Below, piece after piece: positions 1-10,557 of a stretch of DNA of 64,000 bases. The DNA is taken from NCBI GenBank assembly GCA_964022095.1, contig CAXHZO010000009.1, positions 1 through 64,000 of the forward strand, given 5' to 3'. A program made the position numbers and the translations under genes. The notes beneath the pieces were generated by a model. The model was not told where the DNA came from. It worked only from the letters and a program-made list of their open reading frames with translations, and searched no databases. This DNA is from an uncultured Arcobacteraceae bacterium. Its GTDB lineage: Bacteria; Campylobacterota; Campylobacteria; Campylobacterales; Arcobacteraceae. Numbering within the stretch: position 1 is the stretch's first letter; each line of letters opens with the position of its first letter.

Positions 1-80
1 ATAAATGTGTATAATTTGGCGGATTATATCTAATTTTAGATAAATTTAAGCTTTAAACAAAAAAGGCAATGCCTCTTTTG

Positions 81-1433
81 TTAAATATCCTCTAGACTTT
101 TGTAACCTTCTAGGTACTTTGTGTCGTAGTTATTTGAGATGAAATCTTCATTTTCCATCATTTTTTGGTGGAATGGAATAGTTGTCTTAATACCTTCTAC
201 TTCAAACTCATTAAGAGCTCTTTTCATAATATTAATTGCTTTATTTCTATCTCTTCCCCAAACAATAAGTTTACCAATCATTGAATCATAGTATGGAGGA
301 ACATCATAACCTGCATAAACATGAGAATCAACTCTTACATTTCTTCCACCAGGAACAAACCATTGTTTAACTTTCCCTGGACAAGGTAAGAATGAGTTAG
401 GATCCTCAGCAGTAATTCTAACTTCTATTGCATGACCTCTGAATTTGATTTTTTCTTGAGTAGGTAATTCTTCACCTTGAGCAACTTTAATCATCCATTC
501 AATAATATCAAGACCAGAAACCATTTCAGAAACTGGATGCTCAACTTGAAGTCTAGTATTCATTTCCATGAAATATACATTTTGCTGATCATCTGCTAAG
601 AATTCAAAAGTACCAGCGCCTTCATAGCTTAGGTATTTAGTTGCTTTAACAGCAACATCATGTAAATGAGCTCTAGTTTCATCATTTAATAAAATTGCTG
701 GTGATTCTTCAATAACTTTTTGGTGTCTTCTTTGTAAAGAACAATCTCTCTCACCTATATGAATAGCATTACCATGTGAATCTCCAATTACTTGAACTTC
801 AATATGTCTAGGATTATTGATAAATCTTTCTAAGTACATTGTACCATCACCAAAAGCAGCTAAAGCTTCAGAAGATGCAGCAGTGAATAGTTGATCAAAC
901 TTATCTTCAGATTCAATAAGTCTCATACCTCTACCACCACCACCAGCAGATGCTTTAGCCATGATAGGATAACCTATTTCTTTTGCAACTTTTCTACCTT
1001 CTTCAACACTATGAACAGCTCCCTCAGAACCAGGAACAACAGGAACACCTGCTCTAATCATTTCATCTTTTGCTTTAGATTTATCAGACATTTTTTCCAT
1101 TACTTCAACAGAGGGTCCAATAAATTTAATATTATGTAATCTACAAATTTCAACAAAATCTTGATTTTCTGATAGGAAACCATAACCTGGGAAAATTGCA
1201 TCACAACCAGTCATTTCTGCAGCTGTAATAATTGCAGGAATATTTAAATATGAATCAGATGATTTAGCACCACCAATACATACTGCTTCATCTGCATGTT
1301 TTAAATAAGATGCATTTTTGTCACCAGCACTATAAATAGCAACTGATTTTTTCCCCATCTCTCTAATTGTTCTAATAGCTCTTTGAACAATTTCACCTCT
1401 ATTAGCTATTAAAATCTTTTTAATTTCTGCCAT
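81..1433 (-). CDS. accC: Acetyl-CoA carboxylase, biotin carboxylase subunit
   Basis: ILIANRGEI, PGYGFLSEN, GGGGRGM and EMNTRLQVEH motifs; adjacent to accB. Confidence 0.97.
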   Translation of the reverse strand: MAEIKKILIANRGEIVQRAIRTIREMGKKSVAIYSAGDKNASYLKHADEAVCIGGAKSSDSYLNIPAIITAAEMTGCDAIFPGYGFLSENQDFVEICRLHNIKFIGPSVEVMEKMSDKSKAKDEMIRAGVPVVPGSEGAVHSVEEGRKVAKEIGYPIMAKASAGGGGRGMRLIESEDKFDQLFTAASSEALAAFGDGTMYLERFINNPRHIEVQVIGDSHGNAIHIGERDCSLQRRHQKVIEESPAILLNDETRAHLHDVAVKATKYLSYEGAGTFEFLADDQQNVYFMEMNTRLQVEHPVSEMVSGLDIIEWMIKVAQGEELPTQEKIKFRGHAIEVRITAEDPNSFLPCPGKVKQWFVPGGRNVRVDSHVYAGYDVPPYYDSMIGKLIVWGRDRNKAINIMKRALNEFEVEGIKTTIPFHQKMMENEDFISNNYDTKYLEGYKSLEDI

Positions 1434-1442
1434 ATTTAACTC

Positions 1443-1901
1443 TTATAATTTTTCAACAGCGAAAATTGGCATATCATACTCAACTGGAGAACCATCTTCA
1501 ACTAAAATCTCAACAATTTTACAATCAAATTCAGCTTCAACTTCATTCATGATTTTCATAGCTTCTAAGATACATAAAGTTTGACCTTTTTTAACTGTAT
1601 CTCCTACTTTAACAAACGCAGGTGATTCTGGAGATGGAGAAGCATAATATGTTCCAACCATTGGAGAGTTAATAACATCACCACCTATAGCAGCAGGTGC
1701 ATCTGCTGAAACTGTTGCTGGTGCTACTGGAGCTTGAGCTGCTACTGGTGCTGATGATACTACTGGAGCAGATGATGATACAACTGTACCTTCAAAACCA
1801 CTTTGCATAGAGATTTCAAATTCACCGTCTTTTACTTTTAATTTATTTAGTTCACTTTTATCAAAAACTCTGATTAATTCTTTGATTTCTTTAAAGTTCA
1901 T
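1443..1901 (-). CDS. accB: Biotin carboxyl carrier protein
   Basis: EAMKIMNE biotinylation motif and Ala/Pro-rich linker; start moved to ATG 1901 ([10 protein letters not shown]). Confidence 0.96.
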   Translation of the reverse strand: MNFKEIKELIRVFDKSELNKLKVKDGEFEISMQSGFEGTVVSSSAPVVSSAPVAAQAPVAPATVSADAPAAIGGDVINSPMVGTYYASPSPESPAFVKVGDTVKKGQTLCILEAMKIMNEVEAEFDCKIVEILVEDGSPVEYDMPIFAVEKL

Positions 1902-2052
1902 ACTTAGCCTTTTACTAGTCAAATTTTTGAGATAATAGCACAATTTTAATTATAATTATATTTTAAAGAGTATAAATAAGTTTATTTTAAGATTTATACT
2001 TATATAAAATTTGCAAAAAAATAGCTATAATATGCAAAAAATAGGATTTTTA

Positions 2053-2502
2053 ATGCTAAATGACATTAATTTTATAAATATTGCAAAAGAGATAGCTACA
2101 GCTTCAAAATGTGTTTCAAAACAAGTTGGTGCAGTTATTGTAAAAGATGGAAGAATTTTATCAACTGGATATAACGGAACTCCCTCTGGATTTACAAACT
2201 GTAGTGACCACTGGAATGGCCAGTACACAAAAGATCATCATGACTGGTCAAAAACTTATGAAATTCACGCAGAAATGAATGCAATTATATGGGCAGCAAG
2301 AAAAGGTATAAGTATTGAAGATGGAACAATTTATGTAACACTAGAACCTTGCAGTGAGTGTTCAAAAAATCTAATTGCTTCAGGTATAAAAAGAATAGTA
2401 TATGAAAAAGCCTATGAACACACAAACTCACAAGTTGTATCAAAATTTATACAAGATAATGGCGTACAAATTGAACAGATAGTATATGAAGATAAATCAT
2501 AA
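2053..2502 (+). CDS. dCMP deaminase / ComEB-family zinc deaminase
   Basis: HAE and PCSEC zinc motifs, TGYNG; start at ATG 2053 after AGGA. Confidence 0.9.
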   Translation: MLNDINFINIAKEIATASKCVSKQVGAVIVKDGRILSTGYNGTPSGFTNCSDHWNGQYTKDHHDWSKTYEIHAEMNAIIWAARKGISIEDGTIYVTLEPCSECSKNLIASGIKRIVYEKAYEHTNSQVVSKFIQDNGVQIEQIVYEDKS

Positions 2503-3046
2503 TTTTTATAAAAAAGCACATGAAAAGCATCAAACGGATGCAAAAGCATTGCATTGGAGTTCTAAACAATCACAGGAAAAAAGATTTGAAGTTTTAATAT
2601 CTTTTATAAAAGGTGATTTAACAAACTCAAGTTTAGTTGATGCAGGATGTGGATATGGACATTTATTAGAGTATTTTCATAAAAATCATATTAATCCTGA
2701 TTCATACATAGGAATTGATTGCGAAGAGTTTATGATCAAAATAGCTAAAGAAAATCACCCAAAATTCCAATTTAAAACTATTGATATAATTGAGGAAGAT
2801 TTACCAAAAAAAGATTACTACTTTTGTAGTGGAGCTATGAATATACTTCCACAAAGGGAAGTGTTATTATTTATAGAAAAATGCTATAAAGCCTCAAATA
2901 AAGGCTTTGCATTTAATTTTATTACAAATAGTATTTTCGATGTATCAAAAGAAGACATAATAAACTTTTGCAAAAAGACATCTTCTAAAATAAGCATAAA
3001 AGAAAACTATATACAAAATGACTTCTCAATTTTCTTAGAAAAATAA
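2486..3046 (+). CDS. Class I SAM-dependent methyltransferase
   Basis: VDAGCGYG motif I; overlaps the end of the deaminase gene. Confidence 0.8.
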   Translation: MKINHNFYKKAHEKHQTDAKALHWSSKQSQEKRFEVLISFIKGDLTNSSLVDAGCGYGHLLEYFHKNHINPDSYIGIDCEEFMIKIAKENHPKFQFKTIDIIEEDLPKKDYYFCSGAMNILPQREVLLFIEKCYKASNKGFAFNFITNSIFDVSKEDIINFCKKTSSKISIKENYIQNDFSIFLEK

Positions 3047-3081
3047 AATATCATAAATATCTCATATATTAAATATAGAAT
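3045..3081 (+). promoter_or_regulatory. lutA promoter: tandem TCAT repeats with 11-nt period, 10 nt before a TAGAAT -10 box
   Basis: AAAATATCATA-N6-TCAT-N10-TAGAAT; the same layout occurs at 8704-8740. Confidence 0.6.
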
Positions 3082-3106
3082 TCTTATATTAATAAAAGGA
3101 GATTTT

Positions 3107-3856
3107 ATGAGAATAGGTCTATTTATTCCTTGTTTTATGAATGAACTTTACCCAGAAATTTGTAAAGCTACATATAAACTACTAAAAAATTTAAATCTTG
3201 AAATCGAATATCCATTAGAGCAAACTTGTTGTGGTCAACCTATGGCAAACTCTGGATGCTCAAAAGATATTGAAACACTTGCAAAAAATTTTGTAAAAAC
3301 ATTTAAAAAATATGATTATATAGTTGCCCCTAGTGGATCTTGTGTGTCAATGGTAAAAGAAAATTATGCACCATTTTTTGATAATGACAAAGATTATAAT
3401 CATGTTAAAGCTTCAGTATATGAAGTATGTGAATTTTTACATGATGTGATTGGAATCGATAATCTAAACTTCAATGTATCTTTTCCCCATAATGTTGGAT
3501 TACACAACTCATGTCATGGACATAGAGTTTTAAAACTTGCAACTGCTAGTGAACTAAATATTCCATATAATTCAAAACTAAAAAACTTATTAGATAAAGT
3601 AAATGATATAAATATAGTTGAATTAAAAAGAGAAGATGAATGTTGTGGATTTGGTGGAACTTTTAGTGTTGCAGAAGAAGCAATATCAGTTGCAATGGGA
3701 AAAGATAGAATCAAAGATCATTTAGATTCAAATGCCCAGATTATGACAGGGGCAGATATGTCATGTCTTATGCATATGGATGGAATTATAAATAGAAATA
3801 AAGAACCCATAAAAGTTATGCATATAGTAGAAATTCTTGCAGGAGTTAGACCATGA
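3107..3856 (+). CDS. lutA: L-lactate utilization protein A (CCG domains)
   Basis: QTCCGQP, SGSC and ECCGFGGTF motifs; first gene of a lutABC-type trio. Confidence 0.9.
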   Translation: MRIGLFIPCFMNELYPEICKATYKLLKNLNLEIEYPLEQTCCGQPMANSGCSKDIETLAKNFVKTFKKYDYIVAPSGSCVSMVKENYAPFFDNDKDYNHVKASVYEVCEFLHDVIGIDNLNFNVSFPHNVGLHNSCHGHRVLKLATASELNIPYNSKLKNLLDKVNDINIVELKREDECCGFGGTFSVAEEAISVAMGKDRIKDHLDSNAQIMTGADMSCLMHMDGIINRNKEPIKVMHIVEILAGVRP

Positions 3857-5232
3857 GTACAAATCACAACCACTCAAACAATGCAGAAGTTTTCGTAGCT
3901 AATGATGAAAGAATGCATTGGCATGACCAAGCTTTATGGTTTGTTAGAGAAAAAAGAGACAATGCTAGTAAATCTATTCCTGAATGGGAACAACTAAGAG
4001 AGTATGCAAGTAGAATAAAATCTCATACTATGGCAAACTTAGATAAGTATCTATTAGAGTTTGAACAAAATGCAACAGCAAAAGGTATAAAAGTACATTT
4101 TGCAGCAGATGCAGTTGAGCACAATGAAATAGTACATAGAATATTAAGTGAAAAGAGTGTTACAAAGATTGTTAAATCAAAATCTATGCTAACTGAAGAG
4201 TGTCATTTAAATCCTTATTTAGAAGATAGAGGAATTGAAGTAATTGATACAGATTTAGGAGAGAGAATTGTTCAATTAAGAAATGAACCGCCTTCTCACA
4301 TTGTACTTCCTGCAATTCACCTAAAAAAGTCTGATGTATCTGATACCTTTGTTGAGCACTTAGGGACTGAAAAAGGAAATGATGATCCAACATATCTAAC
4401 AAGAGCTGCAAGAGCTGCCTTAAGAGAAGATTTCTTAACAGCACAAGCTGGACTTACTGGTGTTAATTTTGCCATAGCAAACACAGGTGGCGTTGTAGTT
4501 TGTACAAATGAAGGAAATGCAGATATGGGAGCTAGTGTTCCTAAGCTTCACATTGCTTCAATGGGTATTGAAAAGGTTATTCCAAGACTTGAAGACTTAT
4601 CTGTATTTACAAGACTACTTGCAAGAAGTGCAACAGGTCAGCCTATAACTTCATATACGTCTCATTTTATGGGGCCAGTTGAAGATGGAGAAATGCATAT
4701 AATTATCGTTGATAATAAAAGAACACAATTTTTAAGCTCAAATGAGAACAAAAAAGCATTAAACTGTATTAGATGTGGTGCTTGTATGAATACTTGTCCA
4801 GTATACAGAAGAAGTGGTGGGCACTCTTATGAATACGTTATTCCTGGACCTATTGGTTCTATTTTAGGAGCGGCTAGACATCCAGAAAAACACAACTCTT
4901 TACCGTTTGCTTGTACTTTATGTGGGTCATGTACAAATGTATGTCCTGTAAAAATTGATTTAGATTCGCAACTATATTCACTAAGACAAGATTTAGGAAA
5001 TGCAAATTTAATAGATAGTAAAAAGAAAATGGCTATGAAAGTTACTTCTTGGCTTATGAGTAAACCAGCACTATTTGATTTTGCAGGGAAAATGGCAAGA
5101 AAAATTGTTCCTAAACTTCCTGATTCTATGGTTTATAGTAAATCAAATGTTTGGGGTAAACAAAGAGATATGCCAAAATTTGCCCAAAAAAGTTTCAAAG
5201 AAATGTATAAAGCAGGAGAATTAGATGACTAG
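3853..5232 (+). CDS. lutB: L-lactate utilization protein B (Fe-S)
   Basis: KSKSM, TDLGE, PSHIVLPAIH; ferredoxin motifs CIRCGACMNTCP and CTLCGSCTNVCP. Confidence 0.93.
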   Translation: MSTNHNHSNNAEVFVANDERMHWHDQALWFVREKRDNASKSIPEWEQLREYASRIKSHTMANLDKYLLEFEQNATAKGIKVHFAADAVEHNEIVHRILSEKSVTKIVKSKSMLTEECHLNPYLEDRGIEVIDTDLGERIVQLRNEPPSHIVLPAIHLKKSDVSDTFVEHLGTEKGNDDPTYLTRAARAALREDFLTAQAGLTGVNFAIANTGGVVVCTNEGNADMGASVPKLHIASMGIEKVIPRLEDLSVFTRLLARSATGQPITSYTSHFMGPVEDGEMHIIIVDNKRTQFLSSNENKKALNCIRCGACMNTCPVYRRSGGHSYEYVIPGPIGSILGAARHPEKHNSLPFACTLCGSCTNVCPVKIDLDSQLYSLRQDLGNANLIDSKKKMAMKVTSWLMSKPALFDFAGKMARKIVPKLPDSMVYSKSNVWGKQRDMPKFAQKSFKEMYKAGELDD

Positions 5233-5812
5233 TAAAGAAAAAATATTAAGCGCTATTAGAACTAATAATGTTGTTGTTGATACAAAACTACCAAACTATG
5301 AAAACTTTGGAATCACATTTGAAAATAAATTTGAAAAATTTTCTGAAATGCTACAAAGTGTTGGGGGAAAAGCCTTAGTGGTTGAAAAATCACAACTAGA
5401 TGAAACTATTAAAAATTTGTATCCAGATGAAAAACAAATTGCATCTAATGTTCAAGACTGTAGCTTAGGTAACTTTGACGCAAATGAACAAAATGACGCT
5501 CATAATTTAAAAGATATTGATTTAGCAATAGTAAAAGGTAATTTTGCAGTTGCTGAAAATGGCGCAATTTGGATGAAAAATGAAGATAACAGACACAGGT
5601 CTTTATACTTTATTGCTCAAAATATTGTCATAGTTATTGATGAATCAGAGATTATAAATAATATGCATGAAGCCTATGAAAAAATCAATTTTGATAATGT
5701 CGGTTATGGTGTATTTATTTCAGGGCCTTCAAAAACTGCTGATATTGAGCAATCACTTGTTATTGGAGCACATGGTCCAAAATCAGGATATGTTATTTTT
5801 ACAAAATCTTGA
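5225..5812 (+). CDS. lutC: L-lactate utilization protein C (LUD domain)
   Basis: ISGPSKTADIEQSLVIGAHGP signature. Confidence 0.9.
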   Translation: MTSKEKILSAIRTNNVVVDTKLPNYENFGITFENKFEKFSEMLQSVGGKALVVEKSQLDETIKNLYPDEKQIASNVQDCSLGNFDANEQNDAHNLKDIDLAIVKGNFAVAENGAIWMKNEDNRHRSLYFIAQNIVIVIDESEIINNMHEAYEKINFDNVGYGVFISGPSKTADIEQSLVIGAHGPKSGYVIFTKS

Positions 5813-5840
5813 TATAATATAGGCTAAATAAAGGTATCAT

Positions 5841-8039
5841 ATGAAGAAACTAATATTATTTAGCCTAATTTTTTTAAACTTTTTATTAGCTAATAACTCA
5901 AAAGATGTACTATTACTTCACTCATATCATAAGGGATATATTTGGAGTGACGATATATCAAAATCTATTGAAAAAACTTTCTCATCATATAAAAATATTG
6001 AATTAACTACTGTTTATATGGACACAAAAAGAGTTGCTGATCCAGTATATTTAGACAATCTTGCAAAGCTTTATAAAAGACAATTCGAAAGTAGAGATTT
6101 TGATTTAATTATTGTTAGTGACAATAATGCATTTGAATTTGCAATTAGATACCATGATTATTTATTTAAAGATTTACCTGTACTATTTTGTGGAATAAAC
6201 AATTTTGATAAAGCCTTGCTTGATGAGAATAATATGAAAAAATATTCAAGTGGTGTAGTTGAACAAGTAGATACAGAAAAAAACTTTGAGCTTATAAAAA
6301 AACTTCATCCAAATATCGAAAACTTAATCATAATAAATGATAAATCAAAAACAAGTTTAGCCTTAAAAAGAGATCTAAGACCTGTAATAAATAAGTATAA
6401 AAATGAGTTTAATATTGAATATATTGATAATATTAATATTGAAAAATTAAAGCAAAAAGTCTCTAATTTAAACCCTGAAAATACTGTAATTTTATATGGC
6501 TTACTTTTTAAAGACACTACTGGTAAGTATTTTACTTATAAACAAAGTTTCAAACAAATAAAGGAAGTTAGTCCCGTACCTATTTATGGACTTTGGGATT
6601 TTTATATCAACTATGGAATAGTTGGTGGTCTTTTAACTTCTGCAATTGCACAAGGGGAAGCTGTATCTAAAATGGCATTAGATATTTTATTAAAAAATAG
6701 AAAAATCACTGATATACCTATATTAGAAAAATCTCCAAATCTTTATATGTTTGATTATAATGAATTAAAAAGATTTGATATAGACCCAACAAGGTTTTTA
6801 AATGATTTAATCATTGTAAATGAACCAGCAAGTGTTTATAAAGAACACACAAAGTTTTTTATAATTGCAATTACTATTATTCTGATTTTAAGTGTGATTG
6901 TTCTTACATTAAGAGCAAATATTCAAAGAAGAGTAAAATTAGAAAGGGCCCTTTCTAATAGACTTGAATTTGATAAAGTTTTACTAGATACTATTCCAAA
7001 TCCTATTTATTACAAAAATACAGAAGGTAAATTTTTAGGTTGTAATATTGCTTTTGCAAATTTAGTAAGTTCTACAAGAGATCAAGTAATTGGACAGACA
7101 GCTTTTGATTTTTTTCCAGAAGAAGTTGCAAGTAAAAATACAAAAATAGATAAAGAGCTTCTAGAAACATTTAGTACAAGTACGTCCGAATTCACCTATT
7201 ATACTCCATCAAATGAAATGAAACATATAATTTTAAATAAAGCTGTTTATAAAAATATTGATAGCTCCATTGGGGGAATCGTTTGTATTATGGATGATAT
7301 AACAGAGCGTGTTCAACAAAAGCAGTTTTTAATCCAACAAAGTAAATTAGCAGAGATGGGAGATATGGTTGCTGCAATTGCTCACCAATGGAATGAACCA
7401 TTAGTTGAATTATCGGCACTTGTTCAAGATATTCAAACAAGTTATCTATTAAATGAATTAAGAGATATGGATGTAAAAGATTTCGTAAATGATTCAATGG
7501 TACAAATTAAATATATGTCAAAAACATTAAATGATTTTAGAAACTTCTTAAAACCATCAACTAAAAAGAATTTATTCTCAATTTCAAAAGCATTAAATGA
7601 GATAAATGAAATAATAGGAAAACAAGTATTTTACTGTAATATCAAAATGAGTTTTAATTATAAAAATTATAATGAAGAGTTACTTATTTATGGTTATGAA
7701 AATGAATTCAAGCAAGTTTTATTAAACTTAATTAATAATGCAAAAAATAAGATTGTAGATAAAAATCTTAATACAGATAATAAAGGAACAATAACTATTA
7801 ATATTGAAAGATGTATAAACTACAATACTATTGAAATTATTGATGATGCTGGAGCAATTGATGAAAACATCATTAATTCAATTTTTGAACCATACTTTAC
7901 AACAAAAGAAGATGGTACTGGTCTTGGTTTATATATGGCAAAAGTAATTATTGAAGATAAAATGAGAGGAACAATTAGTGCTAAAAATGATGGTGAAAAT
8001 GCTGTGTTTACAATAAAACTTCCTCATAAAAAGGTATAA
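5841..8039 (+). CDS. Sensor histidine kinase: periplasmic ABC-substrate-binding-like domain, TM, PAS, HisKA, HATPase
   Basis: Signal peptide; VLLLHSYH...W sensor start; TM at FFIIAITIILILSVIV; PAS; IAHQWNEPL H-box; GTGLGL G2 box. Confidence 0.88.
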   Translation: MKKLILFSLIFLNFLLANNSKDVLLLHSYHKGYIWSDDISKSIEKTFSSYKNIELTTVYMDTKRVADPVYLDNLAKLYKRQFESRDFDLIIVSDNNAFEFAIRYHDYLFKDLPVLFCGINNFDKALLDENNMKKYSSGVVEQVDTEKNFELIKKLHPNIENLIIINDKSKTSLALKRDLRPVINKYKNEFNIEYIDNINIEKLKQKVSNLNPENTVILYGLLFKDTTGKYFTYKQSFKQIKEVSPVPIYGLWDFYINYGIVGGLLTSAIAQGEAVSKMALDILLKNRKITDIPILEKSPNLYMFDYNELKRFDIDPTRFLNDLIIVNEPASVYKEHTKFFIIAITIILILSVIVLTLRANIQRRVKLERALSNRLEFDKVLLDTIPNPIYYKNTEGKFLGCNIAFANLVSSTRDQVIGQTAFDFFPEEVASKNTKIDKELLETFSTSTSEFTYYTPSNEMKHIILNKAVYKNIDSSIGGIVCIMDDITERVQQKQFLIQQSKLAEMGDMVAAIAHQWNEPLVELSALVQDIQTSYLLNELRDMDVKDFVNDSMVQIKYMSKTLNDFRNFLKPSTKKNLFSISKALNEINEIIGKQVFYCNIKMSFNYKNYNEELLIYGYENEFKQVLLNLINNAKNKIVDKNLNTDNKGTITINIERCINYNTIEIIDDAGAIDENIINSIFEPYFTTKEDGTGLGLYMAKVIIEDKMRGTISAKNDGENAVFTIKLPHKKV

Positions 8040-8040
8040 A

Positions 8041-8685
8041 ATGAAGATTTTACTTTTAGAAGATAATAAAAAATTAAATGAAACTATTACGAAAAGACTT
8101 AAACTAAAAGGTTACAATGTATTAGCTTTTATGGATGGAGCAGAAGCTCTTGAAGCAATTACAGAAGGGTTTTCTTGTTTTGTACTTGACATAAATGTCC
8201 CAAATGTTGATGGAATAAAAATATTAAAAAAGATTAGGGAACTTTATGAAGACTTACCTGTAATTATAATAAGTGCTTCTGTTGAGCTTGATGTAATTAA
8301 AGAATCTTACGACTTTGGTTGTAGTGATTATTTGAAAAAACCTTTTTTTATAGATGAATTAGAAATAAAAATCGAAAGGCTTTGTCAAATCCAAGATGAT
8401 AAAATACAATTCGATAAAGATTGTTATTTTGATTTTAAATCATCTTTATTAATTATCAATAAAGAAGAAAAGAGATTAACAAAAAAAGAGAAACTACTTA
8501 TAAACTTATTTTTAAGTAAGAAGAATCAAGTGATCTCATATGAAGCTATTGAAAACTATGTATGGGAAGGTAATTTTGCTTCATTAGAATCAATTAGAAG
8601 TTTAATTAGAAGAGTGAGAAAAATACTTGATAAGGAGTATATTCAAACTGTAGTTGATACAGGATATATTTTCAAAACTACATAA
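8041..8685 (+). CDS. OmpR/PhoB-family response regulator
   Basis: LLLEDN, LDINVP phospho-Asp, KKPF; winged helix ending IQTVVDTGY. Confidence 0.92.
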   Translation: MKILLLEDNKKLNETITKRLKLKGYNVLAFMDGAEALEAITEGFSCFVLDINVPNVDGIKILKKIRELYEDLPVIIISASVELDVIKESYDFGCSDYLKKPFFIDELEIKIERLCQIQDDKIQFDKDCYFDFKSSLLIINKEEKRLTKKEKLLINLFLSKKNQVISYEAIENYVWEGNFASLESIRSLIRRVRKILDKEYIQTVVDTGYIFKTT

Positions 8686-8703
8686 ATATAGCATCTTTAA
8701 AGA

Positions 8704-8740
8704 AAAATATCATATCTTTATCATTTCTACAAGTTAGAAT
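8704..8740 (+). promoter_or_regulatory. dctP promoter: tandem TATCAT repeats with 11-nt period, 10 nt before a TAGAAT -10 box
   Basis: AAAATATCATA-N6-TCAT-N10-TAGAAT, same spacing as the lutA upstream region. Confidence 0.6.
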
Positions 8741-8772
8741 TTAAATATAACAAATCAAAGGAGAGAACGATC

Positions 8773-9837
8773 ATGTTAAAAACAACATCAAAATTACTTG
8801 TTGGTGCAGCTTTAATTGCTGGATTAGCTACAACTGCATCTGCAGCTAAAACTTACAAATGGAAATTAGCAACAACTTGGGGACCTACATTAAGCCCATT
8901 TATTGATGCTCCAAAAAATATGGCTAAAATGGTTAAGGAAATGTCTGATGGTAGATTAGTAATCAGAGTTGATGCTTCAAATAAGCATAAATCTGCATTA
9001 GGTATCTTAGATATGGTTAAAGGTGGGCAATATGATATGGGTCACTCTGCATCGTATTACTGGAAAGGTAAAGATATCAATACTTTACCATTTACAACTA
9101 TGCCATTTGGTATGACAACTAATGAGCAATATGCATGGTTCTACTACGGTGGGGGATTAGAACTTATGCAAAAAGCATATAAAAAACATAAAGTTTTATC
9201 TTTCCCTGGTGGTAACACTGGTAACCAAATGGGTGGATGGTTCAGAAAAGAAATCAATTCATTAGAAGATTTAAAAGGTCTTAAAATGAGAATTCCAGGT
9301 TTTGCTGGTGAAGTAATGGCAAAATTAGGATTAACAGTTACAAATATCGCTTCTGGTGAATTATATACATCACTTGAAAGAGGTACTATTGACGCACTAG
9401 AGTGGGTTGGCCCTGGAATGGATATCAACATGGGATTCCATAAAATTGCACCTTACTACTACACAGGATGGCATGAACCAGCAACTGAATTACAATTCTT
9501 AGTTAATGAGAGAAAATTCAATAAATTACCAAAAGATTTACAACAAATCTTAATTACTGCTATGAGAGTAAGTGCTTATGATATGTATATTGAAAATTAT
9601 CACATGAGTGCTAATGCATGGTCTAAAATCGGTACAGAGTATCCAAATATTAAAATCAAAACTTTCCCTAAAGAAGTTATGGACGCTATGAAAAAAGCTA
9701 ATGATGAGCTATTAGTTGAAAAAGCTAAAGGTCAACCATTATTAAAAGAAGTTTTAGATTCTCAAAAAGCTTACCAAGAAAAAGCTAGAGAATGGACTAA
9801 AATGTCTGACTACTTATACTTAAAAGACAACTTATAA
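8773..9837 (+). CDS. dctP: TRAP transporter substrate-binding protein (TakP-like monocarboxylate/2-oxoacid subgroup)
   Basis: Signal peptide; HSASYYWKGK, GNTGNQMGGWF, KMRIPG and YYTGWHEP motifs. Confidence 0.9.
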   Translation: MLKTTSKLLVGAALIAGLATTASAAKTYKWKLATTWGPTLSPFIDAPKNMAKMVKEMSDGRLVIRVDASNKHKSALGILDMVKGGQYDMGHSASYYWKGKDINTLPFTTMPFGMTTNEQYAWFYYGGGLELMQKAYKKHKVLSFPGGNTGNQMGGWFRKEINSLEDLKGLKMRIPGFAGEVMAKLGLTVTNIASGELYTSLERGTIDALEWVGPGMDINMGFHKIAPYYYTGWHEPATELQFLVNERKFNKLPKDLQQILITAMRVSAYDMYIENYHMSANAWSKIGTEYPNIKIKTFPKEVMDAMKKANDELLVEKAKGQPLLKEVLDSQKAYQEKAREWTKMSDYLYLKDNL

Positions 9838-9951
9838 GAAGAATCTGTATATAATCCCCAACTGGGGATTATTACCCACACTCATGAGTTAGATAAATGT
9901 ATAAACTGTAATATATTTATTTAACTTATTAAAAATACCCAAAGGAATTTT

Positions 9952-10557
9952 ATGCTGTTAAAACTAGAAAAGTTTTTTAATAAATTTGCAGATGTAATTG
10001 GTATGATTACTGCTTTTGCAATGGTTCTAATGATTTTGAATGTATTTTATGATGTAATCATGAGATATTTTTTCAAATCAGGAAGTATTGCTATGCAAGA
10101 GATGGAATGGCACTTATTCTCTGTGATTATACTACTTGGTGTTGCTTACACACTAAAAGAAGATGGTCATGTAAGAGTTGATTTAATCTATGATAGATTA
10201 AGTGAAAAAAGAAAAGCTATGATTAATATGGTTGGTGTAGTTTTATTTATTTTACCAATAGCATTTTTAATAGGAATTAGTTCTATTAACAATGCACATG
10301 AAGCATTCTTATCTATGGAACAAAGTGGTGACCCAGGTGGATTACCATATAGATGGATTGTAAAATCATTAATTCCATTATCATTTTTACTTTTGATAAT
10401 TACTTCAATTGGATATTTTATTAGAAACCTAAATGTCTATAAAGGATTACATGGATCTAGTGATTATAATTTAAAAGGTGAAATTGAAGATTATAAAAAT
10501 GAATTAAAAGAACACAAACATCATGTTATAGATATTGATGAAAAAGGGGATAAATAA
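9952..10557 (+). CDS. dctQ: TRAP transporter small permease
   Basis: QEMEWHLF and GHVRVD motifs; four hydrophobic segments. Confidence 0.9.
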   Translation: MLLKLEKFFNKFADVIGMITAFAMVLMILNVFYDVIMRYFFKSGSIAMQEMEWHLFSVIILLGVAYTLKEDGHVRVDLIYDRLSEKRKAMINMVGVVLFILPIAFLIGISSINNAHEAFLSMEQSGDPGGLPYRWIVKSLIPLSFLLLIITSIGYFIRNLNVYKGLHGSSDYNLKGEIEDYKNELKEHKHHVIDIDEKGDK

